Source: an uncultured bacterium (GTDB taxonomy: Bacteria > Babelota > Babeliae > Babelales > Babelaceae). From it: a DNA stretch of 64,000 nt. Made by a program: the position numbers and the translations under genes. Shown piece after piece: positions 17,010 to 26,878 of this stretch (its first letter is position 1; every line of letters starts with the position of its first letter). The stretch covers positions 480,001 to 544,000 of the forward strand of contig OY970209.1 of assembly GCA_963713855.1 (NCBI GenBank). The letters run 5' to 3'. The notes beneath the pieces were generated by a model that was not told the DNA's origin, did no database searches, and saw only the letters and a list, made by a program, of their open reading frames with translations.

Positions 17010-19883
17010 ATGATATATAAAAAGCATTTCTTTCTTGTCCTTTGTCTTTTAACGGTCTCTTTGCAGGGCAGGCAAATAATTGAGGGTGATCAGCAGGGAC
17101 AAACGTCGTTTTCATTTTCGTTAGGTCCTGTGGCGTTTACGCCAAGTAATGGATTATGCGTCGTCGGTTCTAGCGAGGAAAAGGAACATAACGAATACGC
17201 GCTTGCGTTTGCTTCAAGGTCGAATAAAAGGTTTTTGCCCTTTGCTATTCCGCAGATCGAGCTTGATGGTAAAGAAGATCAACCTAATCCATTGACGGGT
17301 GCTGCATTGAGCTCGGTTACGTTAATGCAAGGCGGTGGCACTGATGTCTGGCCTTTAGTGTGTTTACATAAGGAACCTAATCGGCTCTATATTTTGCAGA
17401 CATACGCTACACACTTGGATCGCGCCAAAAAAGAAGTTAAGGTAACAAAGGTGAACGTAATCTCGAGCGGTGCGGTACCTGATGCTCAAAATCAGCCGAG
17501 CTTACAAATACTGGGCGTGGGTGCAAAATATCCTTATATCCTTCTTCCAGTAAGCTCTACTCTTGTTCCTTTGGATCAAGGTTTTGACCTTGCCTTAGCC
17601 TATTTTTATTACGGTGTTCGAGAAGAAGCTAAAAAAGAAGCTGCAAAGCTTGAAAAATTAAACAAAAAAAAGAAGTTGGAACTTGTTGCTCAAGGTGCCG
17701 AGGAGCCTCCCGTAAAAAAAGGAGAGGGCGCAGAGCTTATTAGAAAAGCACTTAAAACATCAAAGATATCATTTACAGATGTCACCACAGGTTTAAAGGA
17801 CGTGAAAGCTATTGCAGTACGTAGAGACCATCCTGCTATTGCACGAGGTGGTGTGGCCCATTCATTTTTACATACACGTATACCTGTCGAATGGTCAGAA
17901 ATGATGAACGCTTGGTATATACCTTTACACGTTCAAGCTGGTTTTGAAAAAAACGAAGGAGTATGTGCTCTTCTTGTCGCCCATTATGATGAAAAGACTG
18001 GTCTTGATATAAGGCCTTTTTTGCCAGCTTCTGCTGTTACTTCCGATAGTATTGTTGCTATGACGCAGCCTGGAGGCACGGTCGGTATTTTTCATACAGC
18101 CTCCCTGGCCACGACAACGTGGTTACCGTACCTTGTTGTTGTAGGCGGAACTGATAACTCATGTAAAAGGCAGGTTTCGGCGCTACCAGTGGTTGGAGGA
18201 CTCGATTGGAAAACAAGGGGCACGCTTGCTAAAAAGAATCAAACGCCCGTTTTCGAGTTTAGAGAGGATGAGCTTCTGTCACGTACATTTTTAGAGCCTG
18301 CGTTAAAGCCAGAAGATGTTCCGACAGTGGACGATGCCGCTGTTTTAGTGGGCGGTGGATTAGCGCCGGGTGATGTTACACAGCTTTCAGTGAGCGGCGA
18401 CGCCGTCTTTATCGCCGTCGATGCTTCTCAAAAAACGCGAGGCGGCATCTATCATTCTCAAGCACTCTTTGATGGTAACGGGTCCATTGTTGGCTGGACA
18501 GCTTGGCAAAGAGCTGCTGGTATTACCCAACCGGTTTCCTATTTTGCTCTCGATGCAGTTGGTGGTGGAGATTATTGGTATGCCCCAAAAAATCAGGATC
18601 AAAGGTCGACCGAAGTGATGCACACTGAATGGAAATCAAAAAGCTCAGACAATACCCTTGAGCACACGTTAACAGAATTATTTAAGAATATTCCTTCAGG
18701 AATCCAGGATCTGAAATCCTATACTTATAGCGACGATGGCATGAGTAAGGCTGAAGGTAGCCGCGCAAGCTTTCTTATTGCAACGGGCTATGAGCATGTC
18801 GTTCTTATTCAATCTGGTAGTGATAGCGAGGGATCATTTGAGCCTACAAAGCATTTTGGAGACACGCAACTATTTGCTGACGGTTCTTTGAAAGGTTTTG
18901 AAACTGGACATCAGGTGCTTGACATATCCGGTGGCGTTTTAGCGGAGTTAGGACCCATTGTTTCTTCAGCGTTTATTAAAGATGCTGACAATATTTGGCT
19001 AGCCGTTGCTGGTACTGGTGGTGTGGCAATTCTTGCGCGTCCGGATGGCACAGGTATTCCTGCAGACGAGGGGCTTGGCTGTTGTTTTAAAGGCCTTCAA
19101 AGCGATATGCGCTTTTTTAAAATTGGAAGCTTTAAAAATGCCTACTCACTTCTCCCATGTAAAAATCTTTTATATATAGTAACACCAACGTTTTTGCTGG
19201 AATATCCTGTTTCAAGTAATACCATTAAAGAAATCGTTAAATGCAATGTGCGAGCTATAGCCAAAAACGGGTTATTTGAAGGGCACTCGTATTTTTTGGA
19301 CGCTTGGGCTTCACCTAAATACCTTTTCATAGGGACTGATAAAGGCCTTATGTATCATCCTCTAGAACCGTTTTGTACAAATGAGGGATGTCAGGCTTCT
19401 TGGAAAAATGTCACCATTCCTTATGGCGCTGGTGCTGTTAGTCGACTGTATCCTATTCGTGCTTCAAAGCATGAAAGCGGAATTTTTAACCTTTACGTTT
19501 TAAGCACGTCCGTCTCTAAAGACCAAACACGAGTATATAGGTACATACTTGATGAAAGTGGCAAAGAGCCATTGATTGATCTTTTACCGGATGTACTTCT
19601 AAAGACCGCTGGTAAAGCCTATTTTATAAACCTTGGTATTTATAGAAATCACTTTGCGACTGATGGTGCTTTGGCATTTTTTACAGGTTCGATTTTTGGC
19701 AGTCGTAGTCCGGCGGTTGATACGTGTCTTATTGATACGCTTACAAGGCGTCGTACTTTCGCTGATGGAGCTCAAACAGTTCTTAAGATTGCTGACGGGT
19801 CAAGCATTGGTGCTGTTTTACGCGAACCAGCCTCGGGTGATTTGATTGCGTGGGGTAGCTTTGGTGCTCGACTTACAAGCTAG
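17010..19883 (+). CDS. Large secreted hypothetical protein, probably beta-rich
   Basis: Long ORF; start placed at MIYKKHFFLVLCLLTVSLQG (signal peptide); no family recognised. Confidence 0.8.
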   Translation: MIYKKHFFLVLCLLTVSLQGRQIIEGDQQGQTSFSFSLGPVAFTPSNGLCVVGSSEEKEHNEYALAFASRSNKRFLPFAIPQIELDGKEDQPNPLTGAALSSVTLMQGGGTDVWPLVCLHKEPNRLYILQTYATHLDRAKKEVKVTKVNVISSGAVPDAQNQPSLQILGVGAKYPYILLPVSSTLVPLDQGFDLALAYFYYGVREEAKKEAAKLEKLNKKKKLELVAQGAEEPPVKKGEGAELIRKALKTSKISFTDVTTGLKDVKAIAVRRDHPAIARGGVAHSFLHTRIPVEWSEMMNAWYIPLHVQAGFEKNEGVCALLVAHYDEKTGLDIRPFLPASAVTSDSIVAMTQPGGTVGIFHTASLATTTWLPYLVVVGGTDNSCKRQVSALPVVGGLDWKTRGTLAKKNQTPVFEFREDELLSRTFLEPALKPEDVPTVDDAAVLVGGGLAPGDVTQLSVSGDAVFIAVDASQKTRGGIYHSQALFDGNGSIVGWTAWQRAAGITQPVSYFALDAVGGGDYWYAPKNQDQRSTEVMHTEWKSKSSDNTLEHTLTELFKNIPSGIQDLKSYTYSDDGMSKAEGSRASFLIATGYEHVVLIQSGSDSEGSFEPTKHFGDTQLFADGSLKGFETGHQVLDISGGVLAELGPIVSSAFIKDADNIWLAVAGTGGVAILARPDGTGIPADEGLGCCFKGLQSDMRFFKIGSFKNAYSLLPCKNLLYIVTPTFLLEYPVSSNTIKEIVKCNVRAIAKNGLFEGHSYFLDAWASPKYLFIGTDKGLMYHPLEPFCTNEGCQASWKNVTIPYGAGAVSRLYPIRASKHESGIFNLYVLSTSVSKDQTRVYRYILDESGKEPLIDLLPDVLLKTAGKAYFINLGIYRNHFATDGALAFFTGSIFGSRSPAVDTCLIDTLTRRRTFADGAQTVLKIADGSSIGAVLREPASGDLIAWGSFGARLTS

Positions 19884-21331
19884 TGCACATTTTTTGCTAT
19901 TAATGCGAGAGTTTCAGGAAGGTCTTGCGCATTTAAATGTTGGTAACGATTTTGTTCTTTTCCTTTGTAAAACACGCATAGTGTCGGAATGGTGTTTATA
20001 CCCAATTTTTGTGCAATAGTGGGCGTTTTATTAACGTTTACCGTATAAAAAAGAAGCTCGCGATTACTTGCTGCTATCTTCTCAAGTAACGAGAGAACGT
20101 AGGTGCAGCTTGGGCAGTCTGGTGAAAAGAAATCAATGACGATTCTTTTGGGACTTTTTTCAACAACGTCATTAAATTCTTCTAAGCTATTAATGGTTTT
20201 GATAACTGATGGCGCTGTTTTTGTCGTTTTATAAAAGAATGGTTCAAGTTTTTGTAAGACCTCATCATTGACGCCTAAAGTCTCAAGAAAATGCCATGTA
20301 TCAACTGCAGCTTTCATGCCGTTTCCAGCTGCTATACCCGCTTTTTCGTAGCCCTTTTCTTGAACAGAGCCTGCCGCGCACACACCTGGAATGGATGTTA
20401 TTTGTGAACGCCCTTTTACCGTGATATAGCCTTCCTTATCAGTTTTGATATGAGGTTTTAAAAGCTCGGTATTTGGCGCATAGCCGATGCCTAGGTAAAG
20501 CGAATTGATTGGTAGTTCTTTTACGATACCTGTTTTTACGTCTTTAATGCTGGAGCTTGTGACTGTGTGCTCGTTTCCATCTATGCGTACAAGCTGAGTA
20601 TTGGTAAGAATATCTATGTTCTTGCAAGCTTTAAGTTGATCGGTCACCATCGCACACGCTGTAGGTGTTGGTGCTTGTGTAATGAGCGTTACTTTTTTAG
20701 CGTACACGGCAACTTGACGAGCAAGCTCAGCTCCCGGTTCACCCCCGCCTACTACAAGTACATCTTGTCCAGCATTAAAAGGTCCGTCACATAAAGCACA
20801 TGTGCTTATTCCTTTAAGCCAATATTTTTCAAATCCTTCAATTGATGGCTTTTTTATAGTACTTCCGGTGGCAATAATAAGTGAAAGAGCATGGAAAGAA
20901 GTTCCATCGTCAGAAATGAGCTCAAAAGGCCAAGTAAAATTAACCTTTTTAATGGCTTGATTGATGATGTGCGTGCCAAACGACTGTGCCTGTTTTTGCA
21001 AATCGTTCATAATTTGGCTACCGGTCATCTTCTCCTTGCCAGGCCAATTTTCAATATGCTTTACATGTGCAAGCTGCCCACCGTGCTCATGCCCGGTAAA
21101 CACAACAGTTCTTAGCTTTGCTCGTGCAGTATAAACAGCCGCACTAAGCCCTGCAGGTCCCGATCCTATTATGGCAACAGGAACTATATTGTGCTTTCCA
21201 AGGGCGTCTTCGACGCGATACGGACGCAGCTTAGAGGTTCCTGCAAACACCTTGAAAGTAGTGTATCCACCAATTATAACAGCCAAGCCAGCAAGGAATG
21301 AAAGTACCGAAATTAAAACCTTTCTGCGCAT
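19880..21331 (-). CDS. Thioredoxin reductase-thioredoxin fusion with N-terminal transmembrane/signal segment
   Basis: IIGSGPAGLSAA.Y..R, GGQL, IIATG, STCALCDG; C-terminal Trx domain IDFFSPDCPSC...IPTL. Confidence 0.88.
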   Translation of the reverse strand: MRRKVLISVLSFLAGLAVIIGGYTTFKVFAGTSKLRPYRVEDALGKHNIVPVAIIGSGPAGLSAAVYTARAKLRTVVFTGHEHGGQLAHVKHIENWPGKEKMTGSQIMNDLQKQAQSFGTHIINQAIKKVNFTWPFELISDDGTSFHALSLIIATGSTIKKPSIEGFEKYWLKGISTCALCDGPFNAGQDVLVVGGGEPGAELARQVAVYAKKVTLITQAPTPTACAMVTDQLKACKNIDILTNTQLVRIDGNEHTVTSSSIKDVKTGIVKELPINSLYLGIGYAPNTELLKPHIKTDKEGYITVKGRSQITSIPGVCAAGSVQEKGYEKAGIAAGNGMKAAVDTWHFLETLGVNDEVLQKLEPFFYKTTKTAPSVIKTINSLEEFNDVVEKSPKRIVIDFFSPDCPSCTYVLSLLEKIAASNRELLFYTVNVNKTPTIAQKLGINTIPTLCVFYKGKEQNRYQHLNAQDLPETLALIAKNVH

Positions 21332-21517
21332 ATGCTAACCCAGTTACTATAAAGACAAACTTACTTGCTCATTATTCAATTATTGAATTTATTCCTGTTA
21401 ACTAGCAAGAGTTTTTTAGCGTCCTGAGGTAAATAGTAGCTCTTTGTACCCCAAGCCTTGTTTTTAAGCCTTGTTATGATGTATATTATATTTGTATTTT
21501 ATTAAGGAGTTTGGCGC

Positions 21518-21871
21518 ATGAGGCTTTTTATAGCGGGGCTTTTAATCTGGTCAGCAGTTCTCGTGGCGGACGTTAATCAAGAGCTAAGAGTAGCTGTTTC
21601 ATCTGCCGACTTTATTGAGAAAAAACTGCAGGCTTTTTTTGATGATGAGGGCATGAGCCCGCTTAGGCTTTCTTATGAGCAATGCATTGCAGATAAAGCT
21701 CTTGGTAAACCCCAAAGAAGCTGTTGGACATTAGTTGCGCTATTAGCTTATAAAAAAGCGCTTTCTAACGACCAGGCACGTATTCTTTATCATTGGCTTA
21801 CAAAAGCACAAAGGTACCTTCCGAGCGAAAGCTTTGTGGAAGATTTTGCTGATGCACTTACAGAAATATAA
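21518..21871 (+). CDS. Small secreted hypothetical protein
   Basis: AAGGAG RBS, signal-like N-terminus, downstream terminator. Confidence 0.65.
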   Translation: MRLFIAGLLIWSAVLVADVNQELRVAVSSADFIEKKLQAFFDDEGMSPLRLSYEQCIADKALGKPQRSCWTLVALLAYKKALSNDQARILYHWLTKAQRYLPSESFVEDFADALTEI

Positions 21872-21895
21872 AAGAAGGCTTGAAAGCTGTTTATC

Positions 21896-21936
21896 AAAAA
21901 AAAGCAGAGACTAGGATTTAGTCTCTGCTTTTTTTT
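21896..21936. terminator. Bidirectional intrinsic terminator
   Basis: A8-GCAGAGACTA-GGATT-TAGTCTCTGC-T8 between convergent genes. Confidence 0.9.
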
Positions 21937-21950
21937 ACTTAGGTAAGAAT

Positions 21951-22331
21951 TTACCAGGCAGGGCGGTTTTGATTGCTATCAAAAGAGCTTCTGCCACCAC
22001 CGCGACTTGGCGGACGATTGCCGGATGGACGGCTACCATAGCCATTTCCAGATCGGTTATTATCAAAACGATTTCCAGCTGGACGCTCTGGTCGTGGTTG
22101 AGCTTCACTTACTTTCATTCTTCGGCCTTTAACTTCTTTGCCATCAAGCTGTGCAATTGCAGCTTGGGCAGCTTCGCCTTGTTCCATTTCAATAAAAGCA
22201 AAACCACGTGGTAAACCAGTGAATTTATCTTTAATAACATTGACTGAAAGAATCGCGCCAAAAGGGGTAAAAAGATCTTGAAGTTCTTGTTCGGTAATGC
22301 TATTTGGCAGGTTGCCGATATACAGTTTCAT
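21951..22331 (-). CDS. RRM RNA-binding protein with Gly/Arg/Asn-rich tail
   Basis: RNP2 LYIGNL, RNP1 RGFAFIEM. Confidence 0.93.
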   Translation of the reverse strand: MKLYIGNLPNSITEQELQDLFTPFGAILSVNVIKDKFTGLPRGFAFIEMEQGEAAQAAIAQLDGKEVKGRRMKVSEAQPRPERPAGNRFDNNRSGNGYGSRPSGNRPPSRGGGRSSFDSNQNRPAW

Positions 22332-22875
22332 AATAAAAGATTTCCTTAATGATTAGTAATATAAAAAAAGTGATAGAGATATAGTGATTGCTTATATAGA
22401 CAAGATCTTACTCCTTTTTGGCTTAGGTTCTACGTAATTTTTTATGTTTTGGCATGATAATTTGTTTGTTTTTTAAATATTGCAGCGCTGTGTGCATCTT
22501 CATTCTAGGATAGTAAAAAGGCTAGGACTTTTGCAATAGGCGTCGTATATCATAGGGAAGAACCTGAAAATGAGAGCGGTTTTGACTTATGTTGATAAGA
22601 AATTTTAAGCATTCACTAAAAGGAGGCATTTAAAACGTTTTCGTTGATGCGTTAGTAAGGCTTTATGGGCTTGAAACGCATTCCTGTAAGGTTATTTCCC
22701 TATTTATGCTACCCTATCTAGCTGTTTTGTCAACCTCAAAAAGTTAACCTGGGCATTTTGAGGGTAAAGCAGATAGCCAAACTGATAAATTAACGTTATT
22801 CTAGTACTTTATTAAGTATTAAAAAGTAGCTTTCTTCTGTGATTTTCTTTTCTTGCAGTAGCTAAAGGATTACCA

Positions 22876-24156
22876 ATGATGGTATATCGATTTCTTCTAA
22901 CACTCGGTTTAGGTATTAGTGTTCTTAGTATAAATGGAAGCGTACCTAACAATCTATTCAATCCATATGACATCCTTTTATATAAACCGTTTTCGGCAGA
23001 AGAGCGTTTTGAATTTGGTGTTGTGTATGAAGGAGCTTTTAGGTCATTTGGTTTTCAGACCGATCCTGATGATAGAATCGTTGAAGACACGACTGGTGAT
23101 GCGAACCTGTTTCGAAGACCTGTTACACCTATGCAGCTTTGGCACGATAGTCAGAATTTTTGTGCCGCACTTTCTGGAGCAAGCCCTGATTCAGCTTTTG
23201 CGTCACATGCAAGCCTTCTTAACATCAAGGGCCAGCGCGTAGAATGTAACCTAAACATTGGAGCTCAGGTTTCTATACCCGTCAACTTGATGCTATCAGC
23301 GCGCTTTGCCCTTCCTTATAACCTTATTTTTGCCTTCTATGTTCCCGTTTTAAAGATAGGTGTTAAAAACATTCAATGGTCGCATAAACGGAAAGATACA
23401 ACGAGTTTTACCTCGCGATTGGATGAGGACTTTTTAAATACCACTGAGACATTGAGTAACAAGAACTTCCGGCAAGGATGGGAGCGATTTGGTCTTGGTG
23501 ATTGCTCCGCGGTTGTATGGTGGTCCCGCTACTACCGTCAATACAAGCCACTGCTTAAGGGAGTTACCGTACACGTGCGGGGAGGAACTGTTTTTCCAAC
23601 TGGCTCCAAAGCCCACGAAGACATCGTATTTGATATTCCTTTTGGTCACGGTCAGGGATTTGGTGTCCTTTTTGGCGGCACTTTGGAACTTTCTTTAGGT
23701 CATTATTGTAAGTTCGGTATCGATGGCGAGTTTTCCCATTTTCTGGGATCTTCTGGAAAGCGTCGCTTACAAACAAATCGCCTTCAAACAAACCTTCTTC
23801 TTTTTCAAAGCGGGCATGCTCACGTTGATCCAGGCCTATTACAGCATTATACGCTCTACCTTACAATGGGCGCCTGGAATGGCCTTTCAACAACCATTTC
23901 TTATCAGCACAGTCGTCAGCATGAAACAATGATTACGCCTTCAAGTCCCCATTTTGATGCTAAACTCATTAATGACGATGAAACCATCCAAAACTGGACT
24001 ACGCATAGCATTGTTTGGTTCTTAAACTATGATCCACCAGGCTGGGAAGACTGTGCATATTTACCGCGGCTTTCAGCATTTGTTAAAAATGGATTTAACG
24101 GTAAACGTGCGCTGCTTTTTGATACAGCCGGTGTTCAGGTCGCTCTAGGTTATTAG
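22876..24156 (+). CDS. Exported hypothetical protein, possible outer-membrane beta-barrel
   Basis: Signal peptide, amphipathic strand patterns, aromatic C-terminal residue (GVQVALGY). Confidence 0.65.
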   Translation: MMVYRFLLTLGLGISVLSINGSVPNNLFNPYDILLYKPFSAEERFEFGVVYEGAFRSFGFQTDPDDRIVEDTTGDANLFRRPVTPMQLWHDSQNFCAALSGASPDSAFASHASLLNIKGQRVECNLNIGAQVSIPVNLMLSARFALPYNLIFAFYVPVLKIGVKNIQWSHKRKDTTSFTSRLDEDFLNTTETLSNKNFRQGWERFGLGDCSAVVWWSRYYRQYKPLLKGVTVHVRGGTVFPTGSKAHEDIVFDIPFGHGQGFGVLFGGTLELSLGHYCKFGIDGEFSHFLGSSGKRRLQTNRLQTNLLLFQSGHAHVDPGLLQHYTLYLTMGAWNGLSTTISYQHSRQHETMITPSSPHFDAKLINDDETIQNWTTHSIVWFLNYDPPGWEDCAYLPRLSAFVKNGFNGKRALLFDTAGVQVALGY

Positions 24157-24170
24157 GTGCTATTCTAAAC

Positions 24171-24447
24171 AAGTAAGCCAAAGAGAAATAGGCGACTACG
24201 CGTCGAGCGGCAGGACATTGTCCTGCACCTGTTACTTGTTTTGCTTCTTACATACTTATAGTGTATGAGATAGACCGGAAAACCGGTCTATCTCATAGGC
24301 ACATATACTAGAAAGGGAACCCCTTTCTGGTATATTAAACCTTCATAAAAAGTTTAAGAAGGTGTGGGTCAAGGTCATAAAGCCTGAGTCCAGGCTTATG
24401 AGCCCTTGCGCCCGCCGCGCAGGCGTACGTTTCCCCTGTTTTTATTT
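24171..24447 (+). repeat. Multi-hairpin dispersed element, copy 3 (lacks the last hairpin)
   Basis: Same layout; the hairpin seen at 942-971 is replaced by GCGCCC (24408-24413); lies between convergent genes. Confidence 0.92.
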
Positions 24448-24453
24448 AAGGAC

Positions 24454-25800
24454 CTAGAATACAGAAAGAAGCTCATGTACGTTGTAAAAAGTGCGTACTG
24501 TGCACGAGGTGTGTTCTATTTTTTGATTTTTGGCAACAAAAATTTGCTCGATGCCAAATTTTTCAGCTTCGCTAATATGCAGATTGATTGCGTTAATCGG
24601 CTTAATGTGACCGGTCAAACTTATTTCTCCTAAAGCGAGCGTTTTACGTGGCAGAGTTTGTTGAAAGAAGCTCGAAAGCAGCGCAAGAGCGATTGCAAGA
24701 TCCGCGGAGCTTTCTCTTAGTTTAAAGCCGCCGCTAATTTTAAAAAATATGTCATTGGCACTCATTTTAATTTGAAGATATTTTTCGAGTATTGCGGCTA
24801 AAAGGGTAATTGAAGTAGTATCCATGCCCGATACGACCCGTTGAGGCATGCCATACTTCGATGCAATAACAAGCGCCTGAAGCTCTAAAAGAAGTGGCCG
24901 CGTACCTTCAAGAGAACTGGTAAGAACAGATCCCGGACTATCCGATATCTCTTCAAGAAGCTGCTGGTTAATGTTGGGCACTTCACGAAGCCCGTCTTCT
25001 CGCATTTCAAAAAAACCTAATTCATTAACGGTACCAAATCTATTTTTTACAGAGCGTAAAACACGGGTTTGCCAGCGGTCCTCACCCTGCAAGTAAAATA
25101 CCGCATCTACCATGTGCTCAAGCGTTTTTGGCCCGGCCATTAGTCCCTCTTTGGTAATATGGCCTGTTAATAAAACCGCAATTGTGTTTTCTTTGGCTAG
25201 TCGCATAAGTCGAAAAGCTGCTTCTTTCAATTGCCCAATGCTTCCAGGCAATGTTTGAGAATCTGTCAAATAACAGTTTTGTATCGAATCGATAATAACA
25301 AGGGCTGGTTTTTCCGCTTGAGCGGTCGCGATAATGTCTTCAAGATTCGCATTGTCAGAAAAAAAGATCGGGCTCGGCACGCATCCTAACCGTTTAGCTC
25401 GTACCTTGACCTGCTCTAATGACTCTTCGGTTGAAAAATAAAGCAGCGAATAATGTTGTGAAAGCTCGTGAGCTATGCGTAGGAGTAATGTCGATTTTCC
25501 AATGCCCGGGTCCCCCGTCAGAATGGTAAATGAGCCAGGTAAAATACCACCGCCCGTGATTCGGTCCCATTCTTTTATGCCAGAGGTCATTCTTGGCAAG
25601 GTTTCCTCAGACAGCGTTTCAAGCTGTGTCAGAGTGGCCTTGCGTGCATGTACTTTCTTCAAAGCACTTACTTCGTGGCGCTCTTGTGTGAATGAGTTCC
25701 ATTCTTTACATGTAGGACAACACCCCATCCATTTAAAAGTCGTATATCCGCATGAGACGCACAAAAATGATTGCTTATTTTTAGGAGAAGTTTTAAGCAT
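24454..25800 (-). CDS. radA: DNA repair protein RadA/Sms
   Basis: Zinc finger C..CG...KWMG.CP.C, GDPGIGKSTL, IDSIQ, KNRFG, Lon-like C-domain. Start placed at MLKTSPK. Confidence 0.97.
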   Translation of the reverse strand: MLKTSPKNKQSFLCVSCGYTTFKWMGCCPTCKEWNSFTQERHEVSALKKVHARKATLTQLETLSEETLPRMTSGIKEWDRITGGGILPGSFTILTGDPGIGKSTLLLRIAHELSQHYSLLYFSTEESLEQVKVRAKRLGCVPSPIFFSDNANLEDIIATAQAEKPALVIIDSIQNCYLTDSQTLPGSIGQLKEAAFRLMRLAKENTIAVLLTGHITKEGLMAGPKTLEHMVDAVFYLQGEDRWQTRVLRSVKNRFGTVNELGFFEMREDGLREVPNINQQLLEEISDSPGSVLTSSLEGTRPLLLELQALVIASKYGMPQRVVSGMDTTSITLLAAILEKYLQIKMSANDIFFKISGGFKLRESSADLAIALALLSSFFQQTLPRKTLALGEISLTGHIKPINAINLHISEAEKFGIEQIFVAKNQKIEHTSCTVRTFYNVHELLSVF

Positions 25801-25936
25801 GACCTTGACCCTATCAACTAAAATTTCTGTGCTTATCCACCGCTTTAGTATGTATAGCATAGTTTAGAGGAAGGAAAGAATCGGTCAATCAATAGAAATT
25901 GATCTTTTAAAAGACTGCTACACTGAGAATAGAAAA

Positions 25937-25994
25937 ACCTCGTAAAGGACCACGATGCATTGCATGTCGATGTGGTCCTTATTATTACGCAGGT
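25937..25994. terminator. Long imperfect hairpin just downstream of 25998-26438
   Basis: Core AAGGACCAC (25945-53) / GTGGTCCTT (25972-80), extended by ACCT-CGTAA / TTACG-C-AGGT. Confidence 0.5.
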
Positions 25995-25997
25995 CCT

Positions 25998-26438
25998 TTA
26001 GCAGCTGGGATTAAAGCCTTTAGTTTCAATGCCTGCCCACATATCTTTCAATGGTTGACCATTTGAGTCAGTCTTGTGTTGGATATAAATAGTGTGGCTA
26101 GCACATCTTGGATCAGTAAGAACAAAGTTTATATCCAGGTTTTGGTCCCATTCAAATCTCCTGGTCGATGGATTCCAGGTATGATACACGTGTATGCTTC
26201 CAGCGCAGCAACCAGTTCCAACCATCCCCGAGTGCTTACCAGGAATTTCATGAGTCTCGCTAGCACCTGGAGCCAGATGATACTCTACGCTGCCACAAAA
26301 TTCTGATTGGCCGTGTAGGTTTGCCAAGATCCACTTGTCGGTACAGTTTTTGACAGTAAAATCGTACGCTTGGGATAGGTGGGCTCCAGTAATCGTTACC
26401 AGAAAGGCTATAGCCGCAATTTTGTAAATACTCGCCAT
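25998..26438 (-). CDS. Secreted Cys-rich hypothetical protein
   Basis: AAGGAG RBS, signal peptide ending SQA, six Cys. Confidence 0.75.
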   Translation of the reverse strand: MASIYKIAAIAFLVTITGAHLSQAYDFTVKNCTDKWILANLHGQSEFCGSVEYHLAPGASETHEIPGKHSGMVGTGCCAGSIHVYHTWNPSTRRFEWDQNLDINFVLTDPRCASHTIYIQHKTDSNGQPLKDMWAGIETKGFNPSC

Positions 26439-26560
26439 CAGTTCTCCTTGTAGTAATTATTTCGTTTATTCTTATTACAAATTAATAATAAACAATTTTA
26501 TAAATGAAAGTGAATGATTTTTTGAGATTAATTTAGGTAACTAGTACTATCAAGAGGAGG

Positions 26561-26869
26561 CTACGCTCTATCGAGTAAAGTCTGCAGGTCGACGTCTTGG
26601 CCTTTATCGAAAATAAAGCGAGGCTGAAAACTTCCCTTAACCGACACGATTTCGCAAAAGAGATACAATGGGCGCACCCACACATCTTCATTACCGTAAA
26701 GCCCTTGGTAGACTACGAACTCTTCAAGTGTTTCACTGTGTCTTCCAACAGCGAGCACCCTGTAACAGTTACCTTTATAGTGTGTATATATGCCGTTAAT
26801 TATAAGAGCTTGGGCTTCATTGGTAAAAGCAGGTATTTTGGGATTTGTGTTCTTGCTTAAGCTCTCCAT
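26561..26869 (-). CDS. DUF1653 family protein
   Basis: G.Y.HYKG..Y.V..V..HSETLE..VVY..LYG...WVRP...F. Confidence 0.85.
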   Translation of the reverse strand: MESLSKNTNPKIPAFTNEAQALIINGIYTHYKGNCYRVLAVGRHSETLEEFVVYQGLYGNEDVWVRPLYLFCEIVSVKGSFQPRFIFDKGQDVDLQTLLDRA

Positions 26870-26878
26870 AAACGCCTT

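Noticed and set aside
22332..22875. 544-bp intergenic gap as a possible ncRNA or riboswitch
   Set aside because: AT-rich divergent promoter region; no strong stems or known motif recognised by eye. A cmscan would be needed.
24406..24633. 75-aa ORF starting in element copy 3
   Set aside because: Antisense to radA, not present in the other copies, no recognisable motif.
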